Source: Candidatus Thorarchaeota archaeon (GTDB lineage: Archaea; Asgardarchaeota; Thorarchaeia; Thorarchaeales; Thorarchaeaceae). Taken from it: a stretch of DNA of 61,860 nt. The translations under genes were made by a program, and so were the position numbers. Each line of letters begins with the position of its first letter. Positions within the stretch are counted from its first letter, which is position 1. Shown here in pieces: positions 26,321 through 36,370 of this stretch. The DNA lies in NCBI GenBank assembly GCA_016839275.1, contig JAEOUM010000117.1, positions 1 through 61,860 of the forward strand. Direction: 5' to 3'. The notes below the pieces were generated by a model. The model worked only from the letters and a program-made list of their open reading frames with translations, had not been told where the DNA came from and did no database searches.

Positions 26321-26602
26321 TCACATGAGCGTAAAGCTCGGAGGAAAGAACACGAAATATTGTACCGTGATTGCTAGGAGGATTCCACCCAGAACTAATC
26401 CTTTTCCCCTTTTTGAGTTCACTTCAGTGAACCAGAGAATGGCACCTATGAGAACTACAATGAACGACGAGATATTTCCTATGAAAATTAGAAAGTCCCA
26501 AATCTCTGCGAAGTACCCTGCTATCAGATTCGCAAAGTCCACAAGGGGACTTAGAATATAGAAATTCATTGATATATCCTCATACAGTAGTTTACTACTC
26601 AT
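26321..26602 (-). CDS. Small membrane protein (2-3 TM), unknown function
   Basis: Hydrophobic helices FLIFIGNISSFIVVLIGAILWF and GLVLGGILLAITVQYFVFF. Confidence 0.4.
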   Translation of the reverse strand: MSSKLLYEDISMNFYILSPLVDFANLIAGYFAEIWDFLIFIGNISSFIVVLIGAILWFTEVNSKRGKGLVLGGILLAITVQYFVFFPPSFTLM

Positions 26603-26618
26603 GAAGGATTTAAAGTCC

Positions 26619-28445
26619 TCAAAGCACTGTCACAGACTTAGCAAGATTGCGTGGTTTGTCTGGATCAAACCCCTTTCTTAGTGCCATGTAATAGCTAAAC
26701 AACTGGAGGGGAACTATGAATGCCATCGTGGAAAATTCTGCTTCAACCTGGTTAGGTATTGTGAAGACATAATCTGAAAGACCTGTCAATTCTTTATCAT
26801 CTTTCAAAATCACGGAGATTGTATAACCGCCTCTTGCCTTCATTTCCATTATGTTTCCAATCATCCTACTACGTGTTTCATCATGAGGGGCCACAAATAT
26901 GACAGGATAACCTTCCTGCACAAGAGCAATCGGACCATGTTTTGATTCACCAGCTGAATATGCTTCAGCATGATTATATGCAATTTCCTTGAGTTTTAGA
27001 GCCCCTTCTTCTGCAGTCGCTATCGATATGCCTCTGCCTAAAAATAGCAGGCTTGGTTTGTCATACATTTGTCCTGCTAGTCTTCTTGCCAGTTCTTCGT
27101 TTCTTGAAATCGTTTCAGATACTATATCTGGCATTCTTTCTAGGAACTCGCGCTTAGCTTTGATGATAGATGGCTTCACAAATTTTGTCAATTCTCCAAT
27201 CTTCAAGGCAAGAAGAGCCAGAGACGTTAGTTGAACCATAAAGGTCTTTGTGGCTGCCACTCCTATTTCCGGTCCTGCTTGGGTTAAGACTGTGTAATCT
27301 GCATACCGTGTTATCGAGCTACCTACAACATTAGTAATTGCTACAATTTTTACTCCAAATTCCTTTGCATATTTCACGGCACTTATCGTATCTGTTGTTT
27401 CTCCTGATTGGGTTATTGCTATAATACAGTCCTTTTCTGTCAGTGTTCCATATACCGTGTCTGAGAAATCACTTGCAAGCTCTACAATTGGAAGAACTCC
27501 TGCAATAGATGCAAACATATGTTGGCCTGCTTGGGCGGCATGACCCGATGTTCCCATTGCTAACATGAAAACCCTTTCAGATGAGTGAATAATATTTGCA
27601 GCTTCTTTGATCACATCATCTCTGAGCCGAAGTGTGTTTCTTATGGCTTCAGGTTGTTCATGAATCTCTTTCAACATGAAATGCGGATATCCGCTTTTCT
27701 GAGCTTGGTCTGCAGTCCAGCTTATCTTGATACTTTCCCGTTTCACTTCACTTTCATCAGATAGTTTTTCTATTCTCACTTCATCAGTTGAGAGACTTGC
27801 TATCTCTCCATCCAGAAGAAGAATCATATCATTGGTCATGGGCAGAAATGCAGGAATATCCGATGAAACATACGAAACATTTTCTTTTCTACCAATGACC
27901 AATGGATTGCCATCTCGTGTACAGACAATCCTGTTGGGATTCTCCTTCGTGCTCATCACAACAATGGCATAAGTCCCTTCAATCCGCTTTGTTGTTTCTT
28001 TAACTGCTTGCAATAAATCCATTCCATCTTTCATATAATCTTCAATGAGATGCGGGATAACCTCTGTATCAGTTTCCGATTTCAGCTTGTGACCTAGTGC
28101 TCTAAGTTCGGTTCTAAGTTCCAAAAAATTATCAATTACCCCGTTATGGACAACAGAAATCTCATTGTTACAATCGAAATGAGGATGCGAATTAAGCATG
28201 GACGGTATTCCATGTGTAGCCCACCGTGTATGACCAATTCCTATTGATCCTGGCATATCATCAAGGTTGAGTTTTCTATGAACTTCTTCGATTTTTCCTT
28301 TCTCTTTCTTCATGTAGAGTTTTCCTTCAGATATGGTTGTTACTCCAACAGAATCATAACCCCGGTACTCAAGTCGTTTCAGGGCTTGATGTAAGAAAGG
28401 CGCTACATCACCACGTTTCTGAACAACACCTATTATGCCGCACAT
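26619..28445 (-). CDS. glmS: Glutamine--fructose-6-phosphate aminotransferase (isomerizing)
   Basis: N-terminal MCGIIG (Ntn Cys), two SIS domains and a C-terminal NLAKSVTVL tail. The start is set at the Met preceding the catalytic Cys. Confidence 0.9.
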   Translation of the reverse strand: MCGIIGVVQKRGDVAPFLHQALKRLEYRGYDSVGVTTISEGKLYMKKEKGKIEEVHRKLNLDDMPGSIGIGHTRWATHGIPSMLNSHPHFDCNNEISVVHNGVIDNFLELRTELRALGHKLKSETDTEVIPHLIEDYMKDGMDLLQAVKETTKRIEGTYAIVVMSTKENPNRIVCTRDGNPLVIGRKENVSYVSSDIPAFLPMTNDMILLLDGEIASLSTDEVRIEKLSDESEVKRESIKISWTADQAQKSGYPHFMLKEIHEQPEAIRNTLRLRDDVIKEAANIIHSSERVFMLAMGTSGHAAQAGQHMFASIAGVLPIVELASDFSDTVYGTLTEKDCIIAITQSGETTDTISAVKYAKEFGVKIVAITNVVGSSITRYADYTVLTQAGPEIGVAATKTFMVQLTSLALLALKIGELTKFVKPSIIKAKREFLERMPDIVSETISRNEELARRLAGQMYDKPSLLFLGRGISIATAEEGALKLKEIAYNHAEAYSAGESKHGPIALVQEGYPVIFVAPHDETRSRMIGNIMEMKARGGYTISVILKDDKELTGLSDYVFTIPNQVEAEFSTMAFIVPLQLFSYYMALRKGFDPDKPRNLAKSVTVL

Positions 28446-28528
28446 AGCCAAGATTCCTCTAAGGCAGAACACATAATCATTGTAAAATCGTGCAAAAAGG
28501 GTTTGTATCAGGATATAATCGCACTAAT

Positions 28529-28840
28529 TTACCCTGTTAATTCAATCTCGATATAAACTGAATCAGGAATTCGAACACGCATAATTTGACGAATAGCTCT
28601 TTCGTCAGCATCAATATCGATGAGTCGTTTATGAACTCTCATTTCCCACTTATCCCAAGACTCAGACCCTTGGCCGCAGGGAGTCTTTCTTGTGGGTATT
28701 ACCATCTTACGAGTAGGTAATGGTATTGGACCTGCCATTCTGACACCTGTCTTCCGAGTAATTCTTCTAATTTGATTACAGACTCCATCTAGATGTTCTG
28801 TACTCGTGCTCGACAATCGTATTCTTGCTCTTTGAGTCAT
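28529..28840 (-). CDS. rps10: 30S ribosomal protein uS10
   Basis: [19 protein letters not shown]...GPIPLPTRK...RLIDI is the typical S10 pattern. Confidence 0.9.
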   Translation of the reverse strand: MTQRARIRLSSTSTEHLDGVCNQIRRITRKTGVRMAGPIPLPTRKMVIPTRKTPCGQGSESWDKWEMRVHKRLIDIDADERAIRQIMRVRIPDSVYIEIELTG

Positions 28841-28974
28841 GTAGAAATCACTCTCAGCCTTTTGAGGTGTCCAAGGCTACGGAAAGTGAATCGGATAAAA
28901 AGCTTGTCTTGTGAATGAAACGTACTAACCAGAAAGGCAATGTCCATAAGTGTGATAGTAATGATTGAATAAGC

Positions 28975-29781
28975 GTGCCACAGTTGGATAGTCCTATAAT
29001 TATCAAACTCGGTGGATCTGTTATAACATTCAAAGGCTCATCCCCGCCACGTGTTAACGATGAACACCTCAGTCGGATTGCTGAAGAGTTAACAGTGTGT
29101 AATAGCCCGCTTATAGTAGTTTTAGGTGGTGGAGCTCATGGTCATCAAGCTGCACACAAACATGGATTTGGGACTCCTAACTCCTCCCCAGAAGAACTAC
29201 TAGCTGGAATACCTGACATCCGTCATAATATGTCACTTTTGGCTTCAAGAGTTGAAAGTGAGATGAATCACCAAGGAATCCCCAGTGTTGTATTCTCTCC
29301 ATTTACCTTTGTTACATTACAAGATAGTTTCATAGATGAATTTCCTCTTGGTATTATCAAAAAGACACTAGAAACAGGGACTGCTGTAATAATCCATGGT
29401 GATGTTTGTTTTGATAGAACAAAGGCTGCATCTATTTTGAGTGGAGACACAATTGCTGTGCATCTTGCAGAAAAGCTTGCTGCAAAAGCTGTTCTCATTG
29501 GTACTAATGTAGATGGAGTCCTTGAAGAGAATCCACAAACTAATCCCAACGCAAGATACATTCCTCTTATCAATCGTGCAAATATCAACCAAGTACTAAC
29601 ACACACAGGGCCTTCCTCTGATACTGATGTTACCGGAGGTATGACTAAGAAAATCAGCGAGCTTCTTGAATTATCAAACCAGAATGTAGACATAGCAATT
29701 TTTAATCTAACAGTTCCGGGGCGATTAACTGATTTGATAAAAGAAAAGCCTACAATCTGCACACGAATACATTTTTCCTAG
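28975..29781 (+). CDS. Isopentenyl phosphate kinase (amino-acid kinase family)
   Basis: IIKLGGSVIT and VVLGGGAHGH (IPK-type His). C-terminal VTGGM. GTG start. Confidence 0.75.
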   Translation: MPQLDSPIIIKLGGSVITFKGSSPPRVNDEHLSRIAEELTVCNSPLIVVLGGGAHGHQAAHKHGFGTPNSSPEELLAGIPDIRHNMSLLASRVESEMNHQGIPSVVFSPFTFVTLQDSFIDEFPLGIIKKTLETGTAVIIHGDVCFDRTKAASILSGDTIAVHLAEKLAAKAVLIGTNVDGVLEENPQTNPNARYIPLINRANINQVLTHTGPSSDTDVTGGMTKKISELLELSNQNVDIAIFNLTVPGRLTDLIKEKPTICTRIHFS

Positions 29782-32700
29782 ACGACTAAGGTCGAAATAT
29801 TATCATCCATTGTCCTAATTATCAGATTTCCTGGTGTTACTACGGTATCTTCAAGATATTCAGACGCAGTTAGAACACACACAACTTGGATTGACTTACA
29901 CGTTCTGCAAGCCAAATTACTATGAAGATTCAATAGAGTACTCAATTGCTGTTGATTTGGAAAGATTACGTATGATGTATTGCCTGCACACAGATCATAA
30001 TACCCATGATCCCGAGAAACTTCTAGACGATGTTTTTTGAGCTCGGTTTCGATAATACCTGTAGCCTTTTCTTTTAATTTCTGCAAAATTGAAGAATTAA
30101 TTATCCATAGACCTTGTTCAACATCGATGAGATTACTTTCAGCATTAGTACGCAATGCAATCAGGACTTCATCAGCAAGTAACTCAGTAAGCGCACGTTT
30201 TCCTTCATCAGCAGTTAAGGGTGCAGATCTCCCTTTCAGAGACTGAAGAGCTGTGGTTTCAATAAAGTCAAGAAGCACCTCCCATCTAACTTGCCCGTTT
30301 GACAAATCAACAAAATCTTGAATCAGCCCAAACCATAAGCGGATTTGAATGGCTCTACTAGTGGCTGGTCCAATCTCATGTATTGCTTCAATTAAGTCTA
30401 CATCTTCTGTGTCTTCTACAACTTGAGGTTTATCATTTGAGTCGTTGATGTAAACCGATTGGGCTAGGCTCTCTATCATGGAATCAAGAGAGCTTGGAAA
30501 GGCGGATACAACGTTTACTGCATTGTACACTTCATCATTATCAAGAATTTCTCGAAGCTTGGCTGCCGCAACACTTCCTCTCACTACAACGAACAATTCA
30601 CTTATGCCATTTCGAAGAATTCCCATATGATGTTGGATTTTGCCTAAGATTGTATTCATGGATGATGCTCTAAGATGTTCAGGTATGATGACCACTGCTT
30701 TGTCTTCAATAATAATATCTGGAAAATCAGTTTGAGAATCACGCGTCATAGAGTTGCTCAGTTCAATGTCTAGCTTTGTAGACACGTACTCAATAATCAC
30801 ATTGCGAATAGCATCTAAACCCTGTCCTGGTAATGTATATACAAAACCTCCTGAAACAAGTGATAGTGACTCCCGATCAATGGTTCCCAACGTAACAAGT
30901 TCTCTAATCACCTCAGAAACATCATCCTCCATTGCTGATGAATCAAGAGATGATACAAGATTGCGAATTCGTTGCTCGGTAGCCATACCTTCCGAGGCTA
31001 AGAATGCAACAATGTGACTACCCAATCGTCCAACCCTATCAAAAACAACTGTCTGCGCCTCGGCTTCAAGAGTATCCTGAGTTGGCTTGTCTAGTGGTTT
31101 GGATATTTTTCTTTCATCAGGAACTTTACTTTGTATAAGTTCCAAGTCATTTCCCTTTTGTTCCAGACTTGATTCACTATCTGCAACCTCCGGATATTTG
31201 TCAATAAATGGTTTAGTAGCAATTTCAAAAGTTTCAGTATCAGGAACTGCTACTAAAGCTCGTCCACGTTTCATACTTCTCAGATAGACTTCCTGATCCG
31301 GTGTTAGTGAAAGAAACTTACTACCTATTTGACTATCATAGGGTAATCGGAATACAATCTTTGTGGCTGTATTAGCTAAGATATTTGATGATATGTTTGG
31401 TCTGGTTGATACTACAATGACACCTTGGCCGGTCGCGCGTTGCAATAACACCATAGATTCTCCTGTTGTCACATCAGCTGATGATTGTCTTGAATAGCTC
31501 TCAGGTACAAGATTGCTTGCTTCTTCAAGAACCACAACATGATGCAGTCCAGGGACAATGCCTCTCTTCATAGCGCTATCAAAGATTCGTTTGGCTGTTA
31601 GATTATACAATAGACGCGCTGACTCCATACCCCCGACTCTAGCCACATGGCTAAGATCTAGAATCACACGTTTATCTAGTAGATTTGAGATTTTAATCGC
31701 ATCTGAACCACCGCGGAGAATTTCACCTAAAGGCTCTCGGCAGAGAATCTGAAGTCGATTAAGGAGAGCATCACTTGTCATCTTGCCTGCTCTATCATCA
31801 GTAGCCACTTGTGTTACCATATTAACCAGTGATTGAATGGAGTTATCTTCATCTAGTGATTCTGCTAACATCAGTATTGATTCTCTTAGTAGTTTCTCCA
31901 TAGCTGGTGAGAGCTCTGATGATTCACCTTTCTCCTTGAGAAGCTCTCTCAGCATGACAAAAGTTGAGTATGCACAGCTCTGATCATTTCCAATATCTGG
32001 ATCCATCAAGTTTATGATAAATGACTTATCAAGACCAGGTTTAAGAACCACTACTTCATCATCCACCGTCCCAGCAAGGCCTGAATACTCAGTTCCTTTA
32101 ATATCAAATATCCACCATGGTATGTCAGTCTTCTTACTAATTTGAGAAATTAGATGTTTTACAAGAGTTGTTTTTCCTGTTCCAGTGGCACCTAACACGG
32201 CAATATGTTCTCTTAGCCATTCTATCTTCAGACCAGCTTTCGAGAAACGACGACCTTCAAAAATAGTATCTCCTATTTCAATTTCATCACTCAGAGACTC
32301 GCGTGATGGAATTTGAAACACTGGAGCAAGATCATGACCAATAATTGGGAGTTTTCTGATTGGAGTATTTACAAACGACACGAGTTTGCTTACATGTAGT
32401 CTTTGTTTCTTCAGATGGTTTCTTGTTAGAAGCTTAAGAAATGTTCTTTGTGATATTTTCTGAGGAATAAGCTTGATTTTATTATCTCCACCCCAAATAG
32501 ATTGGATAAGTCCGCTCAATCCCTCTTGAGAGATACTATTATCACCTAACGAATCTGATTTAACAACAAAATATACCGAAGAATCGAACCATCCTACATT
32601 GTCTTGAATTTCTTCATACTCTGTGATGAGTTTCTTTTTTTCTGCATGATCTTTCAACGATTCTTCTTTTCGTTTTTCCTTTGATTGTATTGTTTTCCAC

Positions 32701-33566
32701 TTGCCTTCAAGCTTTTGCTTCTCCTTACCTGGTTTAGAAGCTGAAAAGACACAGGTTATACTGGTGGAGTAGTTTTGTTTCAATATTGTAGAAAGAAACG
32801 TTCCTATTTGAGACGAATCAATTGTGGGCTTGACTTGAGGACTTCCTTTCAGAAGCAACAATGATATACCATTAATGTGCGCTTTTGATAATTCCTCTTC
32901 TTCATACTCGAATTCATTTGTAAATGAACATACTGCATCTCGAAGATCATTGTCTTCGAGCACTCGAAGTTCTACTGAATTTAATGATGCTAGAAGAATA
33001 GCTTCAACCCTTGTAGCTTCTCTCCTAAGAATCTCTCGAATAGTATCTATATCGAAACTTGTTACAGTGATGAAAATTCTGAGAAATGGATTGCCCCTTG
33101 ACAATCCTGCTTCAAATGCCATACTAACAGATTTGTTCATTCCCGCACGAATTGCAAGCAACATGGAACCATTATATTTTGGTCGTCCATTTTCATCCAA
33201 AAAGACTGAACTTGATACAGAAACTATCTCTAAACAGCACACTCCAGTCATGTGCTCTTCGACATTTACTATGAGAATCTCTTTCTCTGTCGATATTGCG
33301 AGAGTTCTCTGAACCATCTGGCGCTTACTAAGAGCTATTCCACTTATAATTGGACCCAAACAGACTACACTCTCAAAAACAGTCTTGAAGGGAATAATAG
33401 GTGTGCTAATCACCTTAACGAGTGGTAATACATAGACCGTAAGAAAATACAGAATTGCTGTTCCAGTTCCAATAAACCAAATTCTGCGTAACCAAACCAA
33501 TCCTCTAAAGCCTTCTCGTGTAGTACTACTTGTTGCTTCTCTTTTGAAGGGCAATTTGAATGGCAT
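29778..33566 (-). CDS. Membrane-anchored HerA/FtsK/VirB4-like P-loop ATPase (1262 aa) with large unassigned N- and C-terminal regions
   Basis: Two N-terminal TM helices (aa ~28-80). Walker A LGATGTGKTT (32169-32192) and Walker B HHVVVLEEASNLVPE. A HerA-type distal segment GQGVIVVSTRPNISSNILANTATKIVFRL. A winged-helix-like stretch near aa 850-900. Confidence 0.7.
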   Translation of the reverse strand: MPFKLPFKREATSSTTREGFRGLVWLRRIWFIGTGTAILYFLTVYVLPLVKVISTPIIPFKTVFESVVCLGPIISGIALSKRQMVQRTLAISTEKEILIVNVEEHMTGVCCLEIVSVSSSVFLDENGRPKYNGSMLLAIRAGMNKSVSMAFEAGLSRGNPFLRIFITVTSFDIDTIREILRREATRVEAILLASLNSVELRVLEDNDLRDAVCSFTNEFEYEEEELSKAHINGISLLLLKGSPQVKPTIDSSQIGTFLSTILKQNYSTSITCVFSASKPGKEKQKLEGKWKTIQSKEKRKEESLKDHAEKKKLITEYEEIQDNVGWFDSSVYFVVKSDSLGDNSISQEGLSGLIQSIWGGDNKIKLIPQKISQRTFLKLLTRNHLKKQRLHVSKLVSFVNTPIRKLPIIGHDLAPVFQIPSRESLSDEIEIGDTIFEGRRFSKAGLKIEWLREHIAVLGATGTGKTTLVKHLISQISKKTDIPWWIFDIKGTEYSGLAGTVDDEVVVLKPGLDKSFIINLMDPDIGNDQSCAYSTFVMLRELLKEKGESSELSPAMEKLLRESILMLAESLDEDNSIQSLVNMVTQVATDDRAGKMTSDALLNRLQILCREPLGEILRGGSDAIKISNLLDKRVILDLSHVARVGGMESARLLYNLTAKRIFDSAMKRGIVPGLHHVVVLEEASNLVPESYSRQSSADVTTGESMVLLQRATGQGVIVVSTRPNISSNILANTATKIVFRLPYDSQIGSKFLSLTPDQEVYLRSMKRGRALVAVPDTETFEIATKPFIDKYPEVADSESSLEQKGNDLELIQSKVPDERKISKPLDKPTQDTLEAEAQTVVFDRVGRLGSHIVAFLASEGMATEQRIRNLVSSLDSSAMEDDVSEVIRELVTLGTIDRESLSLVSGGFVYTLPGQGLDAIRNVIIEYVSTKLDIELSNSMTRDSQTDFPDIIIEDKAVVIIPEHLRASSMNTILGKIQHHMGILRNGISELFVVVRGSVAAAKLREILDNDEVYNAVNVVSAFPSSLDSMIESLAQSVYINDSNDKPQVVEDTEDVDLIEAIHEIGPATSRAIQIRLWFGLIQDFVDLSNGQVRWEVLLDFIETTALQSLKGRSAPLTADEGKRALTELLADEVLIALRTNAESNLIDVEQGLWIINSSILQKLKEKATGIIETELKKHRLEVSRDHGYYDLCAGNTSYVIFPNQQQLSTLLNLHSNLACRTCKSIQVVCVLTASEYLEDTVVTPGNLIIRTMDDNISTLVV

Positions 33567-33904
33567 GAATCAATAATCCCTCGACTTGTAGTTCTTTTCA
33601 CGAGAATCGTTTCACTAGAACCGAACCATTGTGTCAGTGTTTAACATAAGAACTCCCCTCAATAACGAACTCAATTACTGGGTAATCAATAGGAGATTAA
33701 AAACATACAAACCTACTCAAGATAGGCGTGTATGCATCTTAAAATTCAGCTCAGTATTGGTGGATGAATCTTGACAATCAATTCAGCATTGTATAGAATT
33801 ACTATAGTTAGAAGCACTCTAGTACGAACTATTTCGTTTGAGTATGGCTCTAAATCAAAGGAGGTATTCTTCTGAAGTCGGATTGTATCTATAGTACCCT
33901 AATT

Positions 33905-35833
33905 TTGGCTGGAGCTCTAATTCTATTGTTGCTTGCTTTGGCAAGTAATCCAGTCAGTGCTGAAGGAGAAATTGTTGTACTACGTGGAGAAAATGTTACA
34001 ATCACTGTTCATCTTTTACAAAATGGGACTTTTGGCGATCCTGTTCCTAATCAGTCAATTGAATTTTACGATCAGACTCATAATATACTACTAGATATCG
34101 ATGCAACTAATGCTTCTGGTATAGCATCAATCAATTGGGTTATCCCTCTGGGGTTTCCATTGGGACCGACGCTTATCAATGCCACATTCCGAGGTAATGA
34201 ATCACTATTTCTTTCTCCGTCGACTCAGTGGGTAATATTGAATATTGTATCTTCTACGCAGATAACTATCGAACACGAGATTGGCCCTTTTGCACCTGGC
34301 GATTCTTTCTGTTTAACAGCTTCTTTATTTGATGACGCAAACACACCAATATCTGGCGCGATGCTTATTGTAATGAGCGGGAATATTCAACTAGCATCTT
34401 CTATCACAAATTCATCAGGGATAGCACTATTCTCAATCCAGTGTAATACTTCATGGGCTAATTTGGGAGAGAATACTATTCGAGTCATACACCAAGAGGA
34501 CTTTGTCAATTTCTATACAAGTGCCGAAGAATCATTCACAATAGACCTACAGCAAGTAGTAACCTCAATTAATGTCGAGAATCATCCAGATGAGGTTCTA
34601 CTTGGTGATAATCTTACCATTGATATTAACCTGTCAGGATCTGATGGTGGCATTTCTACGGAAGTTGGTATCTATGTTGATGATGACCTTTTTGATACGC
34701 TTATGACGAATGCTTTGGGCAATGCTACAATTTATCTAAATGTAGACACTAGATTCAAGCCGGGATTGCATACCTTTCATTTAACATACAATGGAACTGA
34801 GCGTTATACGAGTTCATTCATTAATTTTGAATTGAAAATTATGAGTCCTGCTTTCCTAGATATTGAGATTCCTGCAATTCCCGTAATTGGAAGTGTCGCA
34901 CTGATTACAATAGTAGTCAACGATTATTTTGGTCGGCCATTTGAAGGAACCTTCATCAAACTTTCAGACAATACAGATGGATTTAACACGACCCTACAAG
35001 TTCTCTACAACCCTCCGGCTTTAGAAATACTATTTCCATTTTCAGATCCTCCTGGCATACATTATCTACAAACGAAGGTGGAAAGCCCATTCATCACGAA
35101 TGATACCTATTACTTTTCTTTGCTAGTTTGGTCCAGACCAGTATTAATATTGCAAGAAAGTAACGTTGTTCATTACGCCTCTCTTGGTCAAGAGCTTATT
35201 TTTACTATCAGGTTAACAGACTGGAATGGAAACTGCTCTTATCGTCGCCTCCAAATCCTAATCAATAGTCTTGTTATATTATCCAAAACAACTGACAATG
35301 ATGGAATAGTTACCTTGAAGATTATCGCACCAAACTCAGAAGGTTTGTATAATGTTTCTATTGTTTATGCAGGCAATAATACTCTATTCGAAACTTCAGC
35401 TAAGTATGACTATCAGCTTACAGTCAGTCGCCTTATTCCAGTTTATTTAGAGTTACATCAGTTTGAGGTTTTCCCACCACTTCAAGAGGTCACAGTACAT
35501 CTCAAGGTTCAATGTCTGAACGGATCTCTGCTGGCGGGGATACAAATTAACTTCGTCTGGCTTTCCTATGAAGTTCGAGTTCAATCACAACAAGGAGGAG
35601 TTCTAATACTTCATCTTCCTGTCCCTTCAAAAGAGGGCAATTATTCATTACACTATGAGATAAAGAGCGGGTCTGGCTTATCCTATTCCTCCGGTTCTAT
35701 CGAGATTACTATTCTATTAGTAGATGTGCTGGCATCCCAAGGCATTGGTATTGGAGGATTTGCATTTAGTATAATGGTTTCCCTTGTTACTATTACAATC
35801 CCAGTGCTAAGACAGCGATATCTTACTAGATAA
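33905..35833 (+). CDS. Secreted, C-terminally membrane-anchored surface protein with repeated Ig-like beta modules
   Basis: Signal peptide LILLLLALASNPVSA. Dense N-x-S/T sequons (NVT, NGT, NQS, NAS, NAT and NES in the first 100 aa). C-terminal TM FAFSIMVSLVTITIPVL plus a basic tail. TTG start. Confidence 0.6.
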   Translation: MAGALILLLLALASNPVSAEGEIVVLRGENVTITVHLLQNGTFGDPVPNQSIEFYDQTHNILLDIDATNASGIASINWVIPLGFPLGPTLINATFRGNESLFLSPSTQWVILNIVSSTQITIEHEIGPFAPGDSFCLTASLFDDANTPISGAMLIVMSGNIQLASSITNSSGIALFSIQCNTSWANLGENTIRVIHQEDFVNFYTSAEESFTIDLQQVVTSINVENHPDEVLLGDNLTIDINLSGSDGGISTEVGIYVDDDLFDTLMTNALGNATIYLNVDTRFKPGLHTFHLTYNGTERYTSSFINFELKIMSPAFLDIEIPAIPVIGSVALITIVVNDYFGRPFEGTFIKLSDNTDGFNTTLQVLYNPPALEILFPFSDPPGIHYLQTKVESPFITNDTYYFSLLVWSRPVLILQESNVVHYASLGQELIFTIRLTDWNGNCSYRRLQILINSLVILSKTTDNDGIVTLKIIAPNSEGLYNVSIVYAGNNTLFETSAKYDYQLTVSRLIPVYLELHQFEVFPPLQEVTVHLKVQCLNGSLLAGIQINFVWLSYEVRVQSQQGGVLILHLPVPSKEGNYSLHYEIKSGSGLSYSSGSIEITILLVDVLASQGIGIGGFAFSIMVSLVTITIPVLRQRYLTR

Positions 35834-35843
35834 ATAATAAGAG

Positions 35844-35954
35844 TGGTGCTCCGGCCGGGATTCGAACCCGGGTCGGGGGATCGAGAATCCCCCATGCTGG
35901 GCCGGACTACATTCGGTACTATTGGAGTTTGATACTTCAACAGACTACCGGAGC
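35844..35954 (-). tRNA. tRNA-Glu(CUC) with a ~33-nt non-canonical intron in the D-arm (around positions 9-11); CCA is encoded
   Basis: Reverse complement: GCTCCGGTA-[~33 nt]-ATGT-AGTCCGGCCCA-GCAT-G-GGGGA-TTCTCGA-TCCCC-CGAC-CCGGG-TTCGAAT-CCCGG-CCGGAGC-A-CCA. Confidence 0.75.
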
Positions 35955-36065
35955 TTAAGTATGCCAGCCCGGAGCGTGAGAAGCATCCTCATTTGGTCCA
36001 CAAATAAGCCTTTCCCCATCTTCTCTACGATTGATATGAAATTCAGGAAATCAATATGGGAACAT

Positions 36066-36272
36066 CTAGGGCATGCTGAATAGCTGAGTAAGATTATTCC
36101 AACTATCCTGTAGTAACTGCAATAGCCCCGTGATAACATCCTGTGCCCATCCGGTAGCTTGGAGGATAACTGCAATGACTATCGACACAGTCACTACAGC
36201 AAGACCTAGAAGAAGGCTTTCCTCAACCAGCGGGCCGCCCTGTTCATTGTCAATTAGATTTTGATTATCCAT
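36066..36272 (-). CDS. Flp / class III signal peptide-type pilin-like protein (68 aa)
   Basis: QGG|PLVEESLLLGLAVVTVSIVIAV: a Gly, then Glu at about +5, then a hydrophobic helix, as in Flp/type IV pilin precursors. Lies immediately downstream of the secretion ATPase. Confidence 0.45.
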   Translation of the reverse strand: MDNQNLIDNEQGGPLVEESLLLGLAVVTVSIVIAVILQATGWAQDVITGLLQLLQDSWNNLTQLFSMP

Positions 36273-36370
36273 TGAGATGCACCCTAAGTTTACATCATCT
36301 TCGGCTCTTTTAAGGTCCTAAAAGAAATAGAAATCAGAAATCCACGAATTGTTGCATCTTTTCAATCGAT

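Noticed and set aside
30699-30722. PDIIIEDK in the C-terminal region of the 1262-aa ATPase, as a possible PD-(D/E)xK nuclease motif.
   Set aside because: The spacing between the Asp and the ExK is only 3 residues, far shorter than in real PD-(D/E)xK folds. No supporting secondary-structure pattern could be judged by eye.
32181-32189. TTCCAGTGG (the ORB core) inside the HerA-like gene.
   Set aside because: It is the antisense of the Walker A codons (ATGTGK). It lacks the GAAA extension and the G-tract.
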